Origin: a virus
Lineage: Duplodnaviria; Heunggongvirae; Uroviricota; Caudoviricetes
Virus record (IMG/VR): IMGVR_UViG_3300043395_001986
Span: 32,001-96,000 of that record
DNA length: 64,000 bases
Strand: one strand, 5' to 3'
Numbering within the stretch: position 1 is the stretch's first letter; every line of letters begins with the position of its first letter. Below are positions 48,013-58,055 of the stretch, piece by piece. Below the pieces are notes generated by a model that saw only the letters and a program-made list of their open reading frames with translations, was not told where the DNA came from and did not search any database. The translations under genes and the position numbers were made by a program.

Positions 48013-51000
48013 ATGAATAATTTATCCAATTTTTTAGTTGAGCAAATTTTAAAAGAAGCAAAAGAAATGCAGCCTGTGGTTGTATATTCTGGTCGTTTTC
48101 AACCATTTCATAGAGGTCACTATGCAGCATACCAAAGATTAGTATCTAAATTTGGAAGTAATAATGTATTTGTTGCATCATCAAACGCACAGGATGATAC
48201 TAAATCTCCATTTTCTTTTAAAGATAAAAAAGAGATTGCAAATAAAATGTTTGGAATTCCAACTTCTAAATTTGTACAAGTTAAAAACCCATACGCACCG
48301 GAAGAAATATTAAGTAAATTTGATAAAAAGAAAACTTATTATGTGGCAGCAGTTGGTGATAAAGATGCAAGTAGATTAAAAGGTAACTATTTTGTAAAAT
48401 ATACAAATAGTGGTGAGAAAGAAGGGTATTTGGATAAGGGATATTACTATATCATACCACCTGAACAGGATGTATTAAGTGGAACGGAAGTTAGAAACGC
48501 ATTTAAAAAAGGCACCGATAAAGATAAAAAAAAGTTTTTTACAAATGCATTTGGTAAAATGGATAAAGGAATATTTGATTTAGTTAAAAGAAAATTACAA
48601 GAAGAATTTATACCAGGCGGAAAATCAGAGGGCAAAACATTGGAAGATATTGCAAGAAAATATGCCGGTCAATATTATGATTGGAGAAATGTAATGCAGA
48701 TTGTAAAAGAAGAAATGAAAATCGGTATTAAAATTGAAATGGAACACACAACCGATATCAGAATTGCAGCCGAAATTGCAAAAGACCATTTATGGGAAGA
48801 TTTGCATTACTATACTAAACTAAAAAAGGTAGAAGAAGTTGGGATTGGAACAGGTGGTGTTACTGCACTTTACAAAGGTTACCCTGGAAAAGATGAGTTA
48901 AGAGCAAGAATGAAAAAAGTAGCGGATTATAGAAAGAAAACCGATACCGATAAAGAATATTGTTATGACCCAATAAATGAGGCAAGTTCCGATGGAACTG
49001 GATATAGTGAAGAAATTTTAAATCAGACAGTAGAAAATCCTCATACAAAACAAAAAATTAAAGTTAAAACCGCTCTTAATTATTCGGATGCTAAAGATCC
49101 AGGAATGAGAGCAGCCTATAAAGCTGCATTGGCATTAGTACAAAAGAAAGGAGCACAAAAACCAGTAGAACCAAATGGCAAACCAAAAACAGCAAAACAA
49201 GAACCAACAGGTCAAAAAGGAGCAGAAGCACCAACAACCAAATCAGCTTCTACTGAAAAACCTAAAGCCCCAACAAAAGCCGGTGACCAACAAAAAGATG
49301 AACTTCCGAAGAATGGGGTAGAACAGCCACAAGGTCAAGGTGGAGAAGAACAACCTCAACCAAATATATTTAAACCAAGCTCAAATAAAGCAGAATTAAA
49401 ACCTTATGGTGATGACACTAATTCTAAAATAAAAGTATTCAAAGGAAAATCATCAGGAGAAGAAATTAAAACTCTTTCATTTAAAGGCGGTGGATATTTG
49501 TATGGAACTATTCATAGAAATACAAAAATGGTTGATGATATTCTTAATCAAGTTAAAGCAACAATACCGGAAGAAAAGTGGAAAGATATTGTATTTGTGG
49601 GTGAAGGTGGTGCAACCGGAGATGATGGTGAGTTAGTATTTCATGATGAAATGGAATACGCAGCACCTAAATTTAAAGAAATTGGTGCATCAATTGATAC
49701 ATTTGATGGTGATGAATTGGATGTACATAATCCGGATTCCAATTTATATCAAATGCAACTTAAGGCAACAGGTCTTAGCCACTCACAAGTAAAGGCTGGA
49801 AACTGGGCAAGTATGATTGGACAGGGAGAAGGAACGGATACTATGAGTCCAGATATTTTTTTAGATGATGAAGGAAAAAAATTCTTACAAGATTCTGCCA
49901 AAGAAGCAGGATTTAAGCCAATAGAAAATTGGGAAAATCCAACCGAAGATGATAAAGATACGCTTTATAGATTATCATTTCCAGAAGATAATTCCGATAA
50001 AGAAACAAAAGTAAACGATATTCAGGTTGCATTTAATAAAGCTAGAGACCTTAATTTAATTAAAAAAACAAAAGAATTAGCATCACAGGGTAAGATACCA
50101 GTAACAATAGCAGGTGATGGGCACGTTGATTTAGTAGGAAGTGGATTGAAAGTAGCAGGAACTTCAATAGACAAAGAGCCTAAATTACAAGATGTACCGG
50201 AAGATTTTAAAAAGCAAGTTGCCACAAAAATAAACGATTTGCAAAAGATGTTTGATGATGATAAGAAAAATGGAGTAAAAAGAGAAGTATATAATTTATG
50301 TCAAATTTCAGTACCTGGAACAAACTTATACTGCGATGATAACAAAAATATAAAAAGAGATGCAATGCCACAATTCAAAGGAAAACCAATTCCAGGAACC
50401 CCGGCAGCTGAAATGGAATTAAATAAAGATGGTGAAGTTGATACTGAACCAATGTTCAAAAAAATGTTAGCAGATAAGGGAATCAAAGTTACAAATGAAG
50501 AAGTACCTGTTGAATCATTAAAAGCAACACAAAACGAATTAGTTGGACAAAAGGTATTGGGTATGGAAGGAGCATTAGAAGAAAATCCAGAAAATCCAAA
50601 TATAACAGCACCTATATACGTTTCAAATGATGGATATGTGGTTGATGGACATCATAGATGGGCAGCGGTTACATCTTATAACCTTAAACACCCAGATAAA
50701 CCAATACCAATGAAAGTAATGATTATTGATGATACCATTGATAATATTATTCCAATGGCAAATAAATTTGCAGAGGATATGGGTATTGCAGCAAAATCGG
50801 GTTCAGATAAAACAAAAACAGAAAGCTATATTTCATTATCGGATTATTTAGTTAAAACTCTTTTAGAAGATATTAAAAATGAAGATATCCTATTAGAAGG
50901 TGGTGCATATGGACATATGAATCATCCATTTGACATTCAAATGAATCTTACATTTGGAGATTTAAAAAATATTATTAATAATGCATTGGATGGTAATTTG

Positions 51001-52095
51001 GGTGTAGTTAGAGAAAAAACAGATGGTCAAGCCTTAGCAATCAGTTGGAAGAATGGTAGATTAATTGCAGCAAGAAATAAATCACATTTGTCAAATGGTG
51101 GTGCAAATGCATTAGATGCATCTGCGTTATCTGATAAATTTAGTGGTAGAGGACCTTTAGCTGATGCATATAATTTTGCAATGAAAGATTTGGCAAGTGC
51201 AATAAGTTCATTGGGCGAAAAAGATAGAAAAGCAATATTCAAAGATGGTTCTGCGTTTTGTAATCTAGAAGTAATATATCCTAAAAATGCAAATGTAATT
51301 CCATATGGACAAAACTTATTAGTGTTCCATAATGTAGTTGAATATGATATAAAAGGAAACGCAATTGGTGTGGTAAAGGGTGGTGAAAGTAAATTAGCTA
51401 ATATGATTAAAAAAGTAAATGCTGATGTACAATCAAAATATGTAATACAAGGACCACCTATTACAAAATTACCAAAAGATGAAAAATTGAGTTCTCAAAA
51501 AAGTAGATTTAATTCTATGTTATCTAAATTACAATCTGAATTTAAACTATCGGATAGTGATGGTGTAGCAGATTACCACTTTGCTTGGTGGATGAAATTT
51601 GTAAAAGATTCAAAGAAAAAATTATCTCAATTAGAAAAAGAAGGATTAGCAAGAAGATGGGCTTTTGATAACAAATCATTTACAATCAAATCAATCGTTG
51701 ATGAAGATGCTAGAAAATGGGCAGATGGTGTAGATAAAGATGCGAAGGATAAAATTATGAAAGGAAATCTTCGTAAGTTTGAGGATATCTTTTTAGGAGT
51801 AGGCGCGGAAGTTCTTTCATTTATGAGCTCAGTATTAACCGCACAACCAGATAAGGCATTACAATTAATAAAAACATCATTGGATAGTACAATATCACAA
51901 ATCCGCTCACAGGGCTCTGCTGAACAAATTAAAAGATTAGAAAAAGAATTATCTAGATTAAATTCAATTGGTGGATTTGATAAATTAGTTCCAAACGAAG
52001 GATTGGTATTTTTCTACAATGGAAATACATATAAATTAACTGGAACATTTGCTCCTTTAAATCAAATACTAGGAATTTTTAAGTTTGGCAGATAA
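48013..52095 (+). CDS. Multidomain protein: HxGH nucleotidyltransferase + DUF5661-like + TraB/Tiki-like + ParB/Srx-like + RNA-ligase-like domains
   Basis: GRFQPFHRGH; GIKIEMEH..IAKDHL.E..YYTKL; YLYGTIH..E..RD..IAGDGH; LKATQ..VVDGHHRW; EKTDG..EGLVF..YKLTG. Confidence 0.75.
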   Translation: MNNLSNFLVEQILKEAKEMQPVVVYSGRFQPFHRGHYAAYQRLVSKFGSNNVFVASSNAQDDTKSPFSFKDKKEIANKMFGIPTSKFVQVKNPYAPEEILSKFDKKKTYYVAAVGDKDASRLKGNYFVKYTNSGEKEGYLDKGYYYIIPPEQDVLSGTEVRNAFKKGTDKDKKKFFTNAFGKMDKGIFDLVKRKLQEEFIPGGKSEGKTLEDIARKYAGQYYDWRNVMQIVKEEMKIGIKIEMEHTTDIRIAAEIAKDHLWEDLHYYTKLKKVEEVGIGTGGVTALYKGYPGKDELRARMKKVADYRKKTDTDKEYCYDPINEASSDGTGYSEEILNQTVENPHTKQKIKVKTALNYSDAKDPGMRAAYKAALALVQKKGAQKPVEPNGKPKTAKQEPTGQKGAEAPTTKSASTEKPKAPTKAGDQQKDELPKNGVEQPQGQGGEEQPQPNIFKPSSNKAELKPYGDDTNSKIKVFKGKSSGEEIKTLSFKGGGYLYGTIHRNTKMVDDILNQVKATIPEEKWKDIVFVGEGGATGDDGELVFHDEMEYAAPKFKEIGASIDTFDGDELDVHNPDSNLYQMQLKATGLSHSQVKAGNWASMIGQGEGTDTMSPDIFLDDEGKKFLQDSAKEAGFKPIENWENPTEDDKDTLYRLSFPEDNSDKETKVNDIQVAFNKARDLNLIKKTKELASQGKIPVTIAGDGHVDLVGSGLKVAGTSIDKEPKLQDVPEDFKKQVATKINDLQKMFDDDKKNGVKREVYNLCQISVPGTNLYCDDNKNIKRDAMPQFKGKPIPGTPAAEMELNKDGEVDTEPMFKKMLADKGIKVTNEEVPVESLKATQNELVGQKVLGMEGALEENPENPNITAPIYVSNDGYVVDGHHRWAAVTSYNLKHPDKPIPMKVMIIDDTIDNIIPMANKFAEDMGIAAKSGSDKTKTESYISLSDYLVKTLLEDIKNEDILLEGGAYGHMNHPFDIQMNLTFGDLKNIINNALDGNLGVVREKTDGQALAISWKNGRLIAARNKSHLSNGGANALDASALSDKFSGRGPLADAYNFAMKDLASAISSLGEKDRKAIFKDGSAFCNLEVIYPKNANVIPYGQNLLVFHNVVEYDIKGNAIGVVKGGESKLANMIKKVNADVQSKYVIQGPPITKLPKDEKLSSQKSRFNSMLSKLQSEFKLSDSDGVADYHFAWWMKFVKDSKKKLSQLEKEGLARRWAFDNKSFTIKSIVDEDARKWADGVDKDAKDKIMKGNLRKFEDIFLGVGAEVLSFMSSVLTAQPDKALQLIKTSLDSTISQIRSQGSAEQIKRLEKELSRLNSIGGFDKLVPNEGLVFFYNGNTYKLTGTFAPLNQILGIFKFGR

Positions 52096-52101
52096 TTTAT
52101 A

Positions 52102-52109
52102 TATTTATA
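52102..52109 (+). promoter_or_regulatory. Putative phage late promoter TATTTATA
   Basis: Intergenic, before terminase operon. Confidence 0.55.
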
Positions 52110-52131
52110 TATACAAATATAAATTAGTTAT

Positions 52132-52827
52132 ATGGCAAAAAGAAAATCGTTTGATGAAAAGAATAAGCACATTCATAAGTCAAGACAAAAAATTATAGAT
52201 ACTGTCTATGGTAGAGCATCGAATACCAAAGATACATTTGGTTGGACACCTGAAGTTGAGAAAAAAAGAGAAGTAGGTGAAAGATGGATAGATAGTGATG
52301 GAAAAGAGTGGGAACAAAAAGATGGATTTAAAATAAGCGTTTCCAAATATGATGATGTTCGTCAATACATAGAATCACTTTCAAATTGTAAAGCAACAGA
52401 TTGTAAAACAATTAAATTAAATTCATATGACCTGAAAATGGTTAGAAGAACAGGATTTTGTTTAGATTGTTTATCAAAAAGAGAAACTGAAATTAGAAGA
52501 TTAAATCTATGGAAAGAATATGAAGATTGGAAAATATCCCAAAATGAAATAGGATATTTTAATGATGTTCTAAATAAGTTAGAGCAGGCATATAAAGATG
52601 CCAAACAAACTACTGAAATTGTAAATGAAGATGGAACATTTGAGAAATGGAATTTTGAAGGAAATATCGAAGATTTGAAAAAAACAATTTTAGATGATAT
52701 TGAAAAAGTTAATAATTTACTAACCGACTTGAGAAATTTGAGGGATGCAAGTTGGGAAAAAATAAAAGATTTATATATTCCTCTATTTATAGAAAACAAT
52801 TATTATGAAAAAACTATTGAACATTAA
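52132..52827 (+). CDS. Hypothetical protein with four Cys (possible Zn) and coiled coil
   Basis: CKATDC..CLDC; upstream of terminase. Confidence 0.6.
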   Translation: MAKRKSFDEKNKHIHKSRQKIIDTVYGRASNTKDTFGWTPEVEKKREVGERWIDSDGKEWEQKDGFKISVSKYDDVRQYIESLSNCKATDCKTIKLNSYDLKMVRRTGFCLDCLSKRETEIRRLNLWKEYEDWKISQNEIGYFNDVLNKLEQAYKDAKQTTEIVNEDGTFEKWNFEGNIEDLKKTILDDIEKVNNLLTDLRNLRDASWEKIKDLYIPLFIENNYYEKTIEH

Positions 52828-53452
52828 GAACATTGCAATAGCAGTTTTGATTGCAATCATTTTATTAGAGTATTTTAATCCAGGTGGCAAAATGCCAGGA
52901 AGAACCATCAGAATTGAAGGTAAGAAGTATGAAGTTATCAAACATGATATAGATACACTTGAAGTTGTTAAAACTAAAGTTGTAACTAAAAAAGGAGCAG
53001 ATATCTATCATGAAACAATTGTTGAGAAAGAAGTTAAAATTCCTGCAATAGTAGATACTGCAGCATTATTAAAAGATTTCTTTGCTAAAAATGTTTACAA
53101 AGATACTTTAAGATTACCTGATTCATTGGGTATGGTAGCAGTAACAGATACTATTACACAAAATAAGATATTGGGTAGAACTTTCAATGCAAGTGTAAAA
53201 CAAAGAGAAATTAAAGAAACTCTTATTGTTAAAGAATTACCTAAAACACAAGTATATTATGGATTCAATGGTGGATTCAATAAAGCAGATGTGGTATCTA
53301 ATATAGGAGCGGGTGTTATAGTAAAGACTAAAAAAGATAAAATTTACCAATTAGGTGCCGGTGTTGCAAATAGAGTAGTAGATGGTACAAATGGTTCATT
53401 ATCTCCATACATCGGTGCAGGTGTATATTGGAAGATTAAGTTGAAAAAATAA
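52805..53452 (+). CDS. Membrane-anchored protein with C-terminal amphipathic beta strands (lysis/spanin-like candidate)
   Basis: N-terminal IAIAVLIAIILL hydrophobic helix; ends YIGAGVYWKIKLKK. Confidence 0.5.
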   Translation: MKKLLNIKNIAIAVLIAIILLEYFNPGGKMPGRTIRIEGKKYEVIKHDIDTLEVVKTKVVTKKGADIYHETIVEKEVKIPAIVDTAALLKDFFAKNVYKDTLRLPDSLGMVAVTDTITQNKILGRTFNASVKQREIKETLIVKELPKTQVYYGFNGGFNKADVVSNIGAGVIVKTKKDKIYQLGAGVANRVVDGTNGSLSPYIGAGVYWKIKLKK

Positions 53453-53454
53453 TT

Positions 53455-55059
53455 ATGGCTAAAACCCTTAAAGAAGTAATTAGGGAGGAATATGGTAAGT
53501 GTGCGATAGACCCTATTTACTTTATGAGAAAATATTGTAAGATTCAACATCCAATTAAAGGTAAAATTCCATTTGACCTTTACCCATTTCAGGAGGATGT
53601 TTTATCCGATTTCAAAGACAATAGATTTAATATCGTATTGAAATCTCGTCAGCTAGGTATATCTACCTTGGTGGCGGGATTTTCGCTTTGGAAAATGATT
53701 TTTAATAATGACTTTAACGTGTTGGTTATTGCAACAAAACAAGAAGTTGCAAAAAACCTTGTACTTAAAGTTAGAGTTATGAATGAGTTTCTTCCATCTT
53801 GGTTAAAAGTAACTGAACAGGAAGATAACAAACTTTCACTTCGTTTTACAAATGGTTCTCAAATCAAAGCAATTTCATCTAAACCAGATGCAGGACGTTC
53901 AGAAGCGCTATCATTACTTGTATTTGATGAGGCAGCATTCATTGACTATATTGATGATATTTGGACTTCAGCACAATCAACTCTTTCAACGGGTGGTAGT
54001 TGTATTGCACTTTCTACTCCTAATGGTGTGGGTAACTGGTTCCATCAGATGTGGGTAGGTGCTGAAAATCACGAGAATTTATTTAATACAATAAAACTCC
54101 ATTGGACGGTTCATCCTGAAAGAGACCAAAGTTGGAGAGATGAACAAGAAACACAATTAGGAAAAAAAGGAGCGGCACAAGAATGTGATTGTGACTTTAT
54201 TTCAACAGGTGATACTGTCATAGATTCAGAAATTCTTATTAAATATTTAGATAACCATATTCAGGAACCAATAGAGAAAAAAGGATTTGATGGAAACTAT
54301 TGGATATGGAAAAGACCAGATTACACTAAAAATTATTTATTGTGTGCGGACGTAGCGAGAGGCGATGGTGCGGATTTTTCTGCATTTCATGTAATAGAAT
54401 TGGATAGTTGTGAACAAGTTGCCGAATATAAAGGGAAAATAGAACCAACTGAATTTGGTAATTTTTTAGTAATGGCAGCAACCGAATACAATGATGCTTT
54501 ATTGGTTATAGATAATGCAAATATTGGATGGGCAACAATACAAAGAGTTTTGGATAGAGATTATAAAAATTTATTCTATTCAAATGATGATATAAAATAT
54601 GTTGATATAGATACACAATGGACAAATAAATGGTATCGTAAAGAAAAGAATATGACACCTGGGTTTGGTATATCATCAAAAACACGTCCTTTGATTGTTT
54701 CTAAAATAGATAACTATATGAGAGAAACATCTGTTATTTTACATAGTAAAAGATTGATAGATGAATTTTTTGTATTCATATGGGGACCAGCAAGTAGAGC
54801 AGAAGCAATGCGAGGATATAATGATGACCTTATATTTGCATTAGGTATTGGATTGTGGATTAGAGATACTGCATTAAGATTAAAACAAGAAGGAATTGAT
54901 TTAACAAGACAGGCTTTAAATGGCATAACACAAACCAAATATGAAATGTTTTATTCATCAACAGATTTTCAGGAAAATCCATACAAAATGAAAATAGGAG
55001 GACAAGAAGGAGAAGAAGATTTAATGTGGCTAATTGATAGGTCCTCAATTCGTAAATAA
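53455..55059 (+). CDS. terL: Terminase large subunit (T4 gp17-like)
   Basis: LYPFQ, KSRQLGIST Walker A, VFDEAAF Walker B, STPNG, ADVARG, NDDL. Confidence 0.95.
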   Translation: MAKTLKEVIREEYGKCAIDPIYFMRKYCKIQHPIKGKIPFDLYPFQEDVLSDFKDNRFNIVLKSRQLGISTLVAGFSLWKMIFNNDFNVLVIATKQEVAKNLVLKVRVMNEFLPSWLKVTEQEDNKLSLRFTNGSQIKAISSKPDAGRSEALSLLVFDEAAFIDYIDDIWTSAQSTLSTGGSCIALSTPNGVGNWFHQMWVGAENHENLFNTIKLHWTVHPERDQSWRDEQETQLGKKGAAQECDCDFISTGDTVIDSEILIKYLDNHIQEPIEKKGFDGNYWIWKRPDYTKNYLLCADVARGDGADFSAFHVIELDSCEQVAEYKGKIEPTEFGNFLVMAATEYNDALLVIDNANIGWATIQRVLDRDYKNLFYSNDDIKYVDIDTQWTNKWYRKEKNMTPGFGISSKTRPLIVSKIDNYMRETSVILHSKRLIDEFFVFIWGPASRAEAMRGYNDDLIFALGIGLWIRDTALRLKQEGIDLTRQALNGITQTKYEMFYSSTDFQENPYKMKIGGQEGEEDLMWLIDRSSIRK

Positions 55060-55064
55060 TATTA

Positions 55065-55072
55065 TATTTATA
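55065..55072 (+). promoter_or_regulatory. Putative phage late promoter TATTTATA
   Basis: Intergenic, before portal operon. Confidence 0.55.
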
Positions 55073-55096
55073 TAAATAAGACAAAATATATTAACT

Positions 55097-55333
55097 ATGA
55101 CAAATTATAGAGCATTTAAGAGTGTAGCAGTAACATCAGCAGAATCACCTTATAATATGAAAACAAATGCACCAAAACATTGGGGTATTTTACTTGGAAA
55201 AAATGCAAGTGGAAGTATCACATTAGAAGGTGGTGGAACTATTCTTATGGTAGATATTGATGACCATAATGTTTTTCCTTGCTATGGACAAACATTGTCC
55301 GTATCTAGTGGGACTGTTTATGTACTTCAATAA
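55097..55333 (+). CDS. Small putative virion protein
   Basis: 78-aa beta-rich ORF after TATTTATA motif. Confidence 0.55.
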   Translation: MTNYRAFKSVAVTSAESPYNMKTNAPKHWGILLGKNASGSITLEGGGTILMVDIDDHNVFPCYGQTLSVSSGTVYVLQ

Positions 55334-55343
55334 AAATTAAAAA

Positions 55344-55931
55344 ATGATAAAGTTAAAAACATTATTAAATACCCAAGAAAATGTACAAAATAATTTGTTT
55401 GATACAAATAAATTAAGTATATTTGAAGGATTGGTTTATCATATTAGTAAACAAATTCCATTGGAAGAAAACATTTACAGATATGAAAGCCAAAATTATT
55501 TTAAATTATTTGTTGAAGCTAGAAAATTGTGGAAAGAAGGAATATTAGAAGTAACAAATAAAAATGATTTGTTCTTTTTAGAAAGTAATTTAGGTGAAAC
55601 TGCACTATATGAAGGTAAGCAGGTTTATTTAGATTTTCCGTACATAAACGAAGAAGAAGAAAAAAAAGAACCACTTAATCAACCAAAAAGAGGTGGTCCA
55701 AAAAAATTCTATGTTTATGTTAAGGATGGCGATAGTGTAAAGAAAGTAACATTTGGTGATACAACAGGTCTTTCTGTTAAAATAAATGATTTAGAAGCAT
55801 CTAAAGCATTTGCAGCAAGACATAAATGTGACCAAGAGAAGGATAAAACATCAGCGAATTATTGGGGATGCCATCTACCAAGATACGCAAAACAATTAGG
55901 ACTGGGTAAACCGGCATATAGATATTGGTAA
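55344..55931 (+). CDS. Putative internal head protein with MIKL leader
   Basis: MIKLKTLL leader; C-terminal KKFYVYVK..KKVTFGD..FAARHKC..YWGC phage domain. Confidence 0.65.
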   Translation: MIKLKTLLNTQENVQNNLFDTNKLSIFEGLVYHISKQIPLEENIYRYESQNYFKLFVEARKLWKEGILEVTNKNDLFFLESNLGETALYEGKQVYLDFPYINEEEEKKEPLNQPKRGGPKKFYVYVKDGDSVKKVTFGDTTGLSVKINDLEASKAFAARHKCDQEKDKTSANYWGCHLPRYAKQLGLGKPAYRYW

Positions 55932-55932
55932 T

Positions 55933-56199
55933 ATGAAACCATATAATGAATTTCCGTTAGCGGAAAATGAAAAATTAAGGTTATTTAAAATGGATGTTAA
56001 CGAAGAAGAATTGAGTTGGCATTTGGATGAAAAAGATAGAGAGATTCAAATAATAGAAGGATATGATTGGAAGTTACAATTTGAAAACGAACTTCCAATA
56101 GAATTAAATAAAGGTTTCAATATCAGAATACCAAAACAAACATGGCACAGAGTTTGGAAAGGTACAACTGATTTGATGATAAAAATAAAAGAATTGTAA
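55933..56199 (+). CDS. Cupin-fold protein
   Basis: WHLD...R.I..G, IP...WHRV cupin motifs. Confidence 0.7.
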   Translation: MKPYNEFPLAENEKLRLFKMDVNEEELSWHLDEKDREIQIIEGYDWKLQFENELPIELNKGFNIRIPKQTWHRVWKGTTDLMIKIKEL

Positions 56200-58022
56200 T
56201 GGCAGATACATCATTATTTGGTAGGTTAAAAAAGTTATTTACTGGTCAAATTATTATTCGTAATGTTGGCGGTAATAAACTTAAAGTGGTTGATTACGAC
56301 GAAACACAAGCAGTAGCAACAAATTTAAGAGATAGATTCTTAAGAATGACTACTTCTGCTACCCAATACAATTATGAAAACTATATAGCATATCAGCAAG
56401 TTAGACAGGAGTTATTCAGAGATTATGATGCAATGGATAATGACCCAATAGTTGCATCTGTATTAGATATCTATTCCGATGAATGTACAACTAGAAATGA
56501 ATATGGAAAAGTACTTACAATCAAATCACAGGATGACCAAGTAAAAGATATTTTAGAAAATTTATTCTATGATATTTTAAATATTGATTTCAATTTATGG
56601 CCTTGGATTAGAAACCTTTGTAAATACGGAGATTTCTTTTTAGTATTAGAAATTGCACCGGAATTAGGTATTGTATCAGTTCAACCTGTTTCAACTTATG
56701 AAATGAATAGAGTTGAAGAATATGATAAAGACCATTTACAAAAAGTTAAATTTATTCAAACACCAATAACTGTCCGTTCAACTTATACGGCAGGACAAAA
56801 GATTGAATACGAAAACTACGAGGTTGCTCATTTTAGACATTTAGCAGATACAAACTGGCTACCATATGGTAAATCAATATTAGAAGGAGCTAGAAGAGTT
56901 TGGAAACAATTAACTATGATGGAAGATGCTATGTTAATCCATCGTATCACGAGAGCACCAGCTAAAAGAAAATTCAAAATTGATATTGGTAATATACCTC
57001 CTCATGAAGTTGAAAACTACATGAAGAGAATTATATCACAATCTAAAAAGCAACCATACATAAATGAAACTACTGGAGATTATAACTTAAAGTATAATAT
57101 TCAAAACATTATGGAAGATTTTTATTTTCCGGTGAGAGGTAGTGATAGTGGAACTGATGTTGAAAATTTAGAAGGATTGGAGTATGTTGCAATTGATGAC
57201 ATAAATTATCTTAAAAATAAATTTATGGCTGCTTTAAAAGTTCCAAAAGCATTTTTAGGATATGAGGAAAATGTAAGTGGTAAAGCAACATTGGCAGCAG
57301 AAGATGTTCGTTTTGCTAGAACAATAGATAGATTACAAAAGATTGTTATTAGTGAATTGTATAAAATAGCGATAACACACTTATATGCACAAAATATAAC
57401 AGATGATAGATTAGTTAACTTTGATTTAGAATTAACAAATCCTTCAACAATTGCTGAGCAGGAAAAAATTAACCTATGGTCAAACAAAGTTAATTTAGCA
57501 AGAGATATGCAAGATAACAAAATTGTATCAACAGATTGGATATATAAAAATGTATTTCATTTTACAAATGATGAATGTGAAGATTTGAGAAATCAATTAA
57601 TTGAAGATGCAAAAGAAAGATTCCGTTTAACACAAATTGAAACAGCAGGACAAGACCCTAAAGCAGAAGCAGAACAACAAAAAACAGATGTTAATGGTGA
57701 ATTGGGAAAATTTAAAGGAGAGGATGAACAACAGGGTGATGATACTGGTGTAGATGAAGATGAAAAAATTAAAGAATTAGAAAATGATTTAGGTGTTAGT
57801 GAAGCTAATAAACCAGCAGGAAGACCTAAATCTGCAAACAGATACGAAAAAGATGATTCTAAATTTGGTAGAGACCCATTAGGAAAAAAAGAAAACCAAA
57901 AAGTATTTGAATCCGAATTCCGTAAGAAACTTATTAAACAATTAAAGGACCAATATAATCCAAAACATATAATTTTAGAAGGAAAGAATATGATGGATGA
58001 GAATAATATTTTTGAAATTTAA
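56199..58022 (+). CDS. Portal protein (T4 gp20-like)
   Basis: DYDAMD, MMEDAMLIHRITRAP..F.ID.GN, EDFYFPVRG, ALKVPK, DVRF. Confidence 0.95.
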   Translation: MADTSLFGRLKKLFTGQIIIRNVGGNKLKVVDYDETQAVATNLRDRFLRMTTSATQYNYENYIAYQQVRQELFRDYDAMDNDPIVASVLDIYSDECTTRNEYGKVLTIKSQDDQVKDILENLFYDILNIDFNLWPWIRNLCKYGDFFLVLEIAPELGIVSVQPVSTYEMNRVEEYDKDHLQKVKFIQTPITVRSTYTAGQKIEYENYEVAHFRHLADTNWLPYGKSILEGARRVWKQLTMMEDAMLIHRITRAPAKRKFKIDIGNIPPHEVENYMKRIISQSKKQPYINETTGDYNLKYNIQNIMEDFYFPVRGSDSGTDVENLEGLEYVAIDDINYLKNKFMAALKVPKAFLGYEENVSGKATLAAEDVRFARTIDRLQKIVISELYKIAITHLYAQNITDDRLVNFDLELTNPSTIAEQEKINLWSNKVNLARDMQDNKIVSTDWIYKNVFHFTNDECEDLRNQLIEDAKERFRLTQIETAGQDPKAEAEQQKTDVNGELGKFKGEDEQQGDDTGVDEDEKIKELENDLGVSEANKPAGRPKSANRYEKDDSKFGRDPLGKKENQKVFESEFRKKLIKQLKDQYNPKHIILEGKNMMDENNIFEI

Positions 58023-58029
58023 TTCTGTA

Positions 58030-58037
58030 TATTTATA
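58030..58037 (+). promoter_or_regulatory. Putative phage late promoter TATTTATA
   Basis: Intergenic, after portal. Confidence 0.55.
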
Positions 58038-58055
58038 TATTAGGAAAATAACATT

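Noticed and set aside
20581-54058. Short out-of-frame + strand ORFs 20581..20847, 26583..26768, 53852..54058
   Set aside because: Nested in conserved genes, no motifs or initiation context
53455-58022. Inteins/introns in terL, portal (also primase)
   Set aside because: Lengths are normal, motifs contiguous, no intein splice or homing-endonuclease signatures seen
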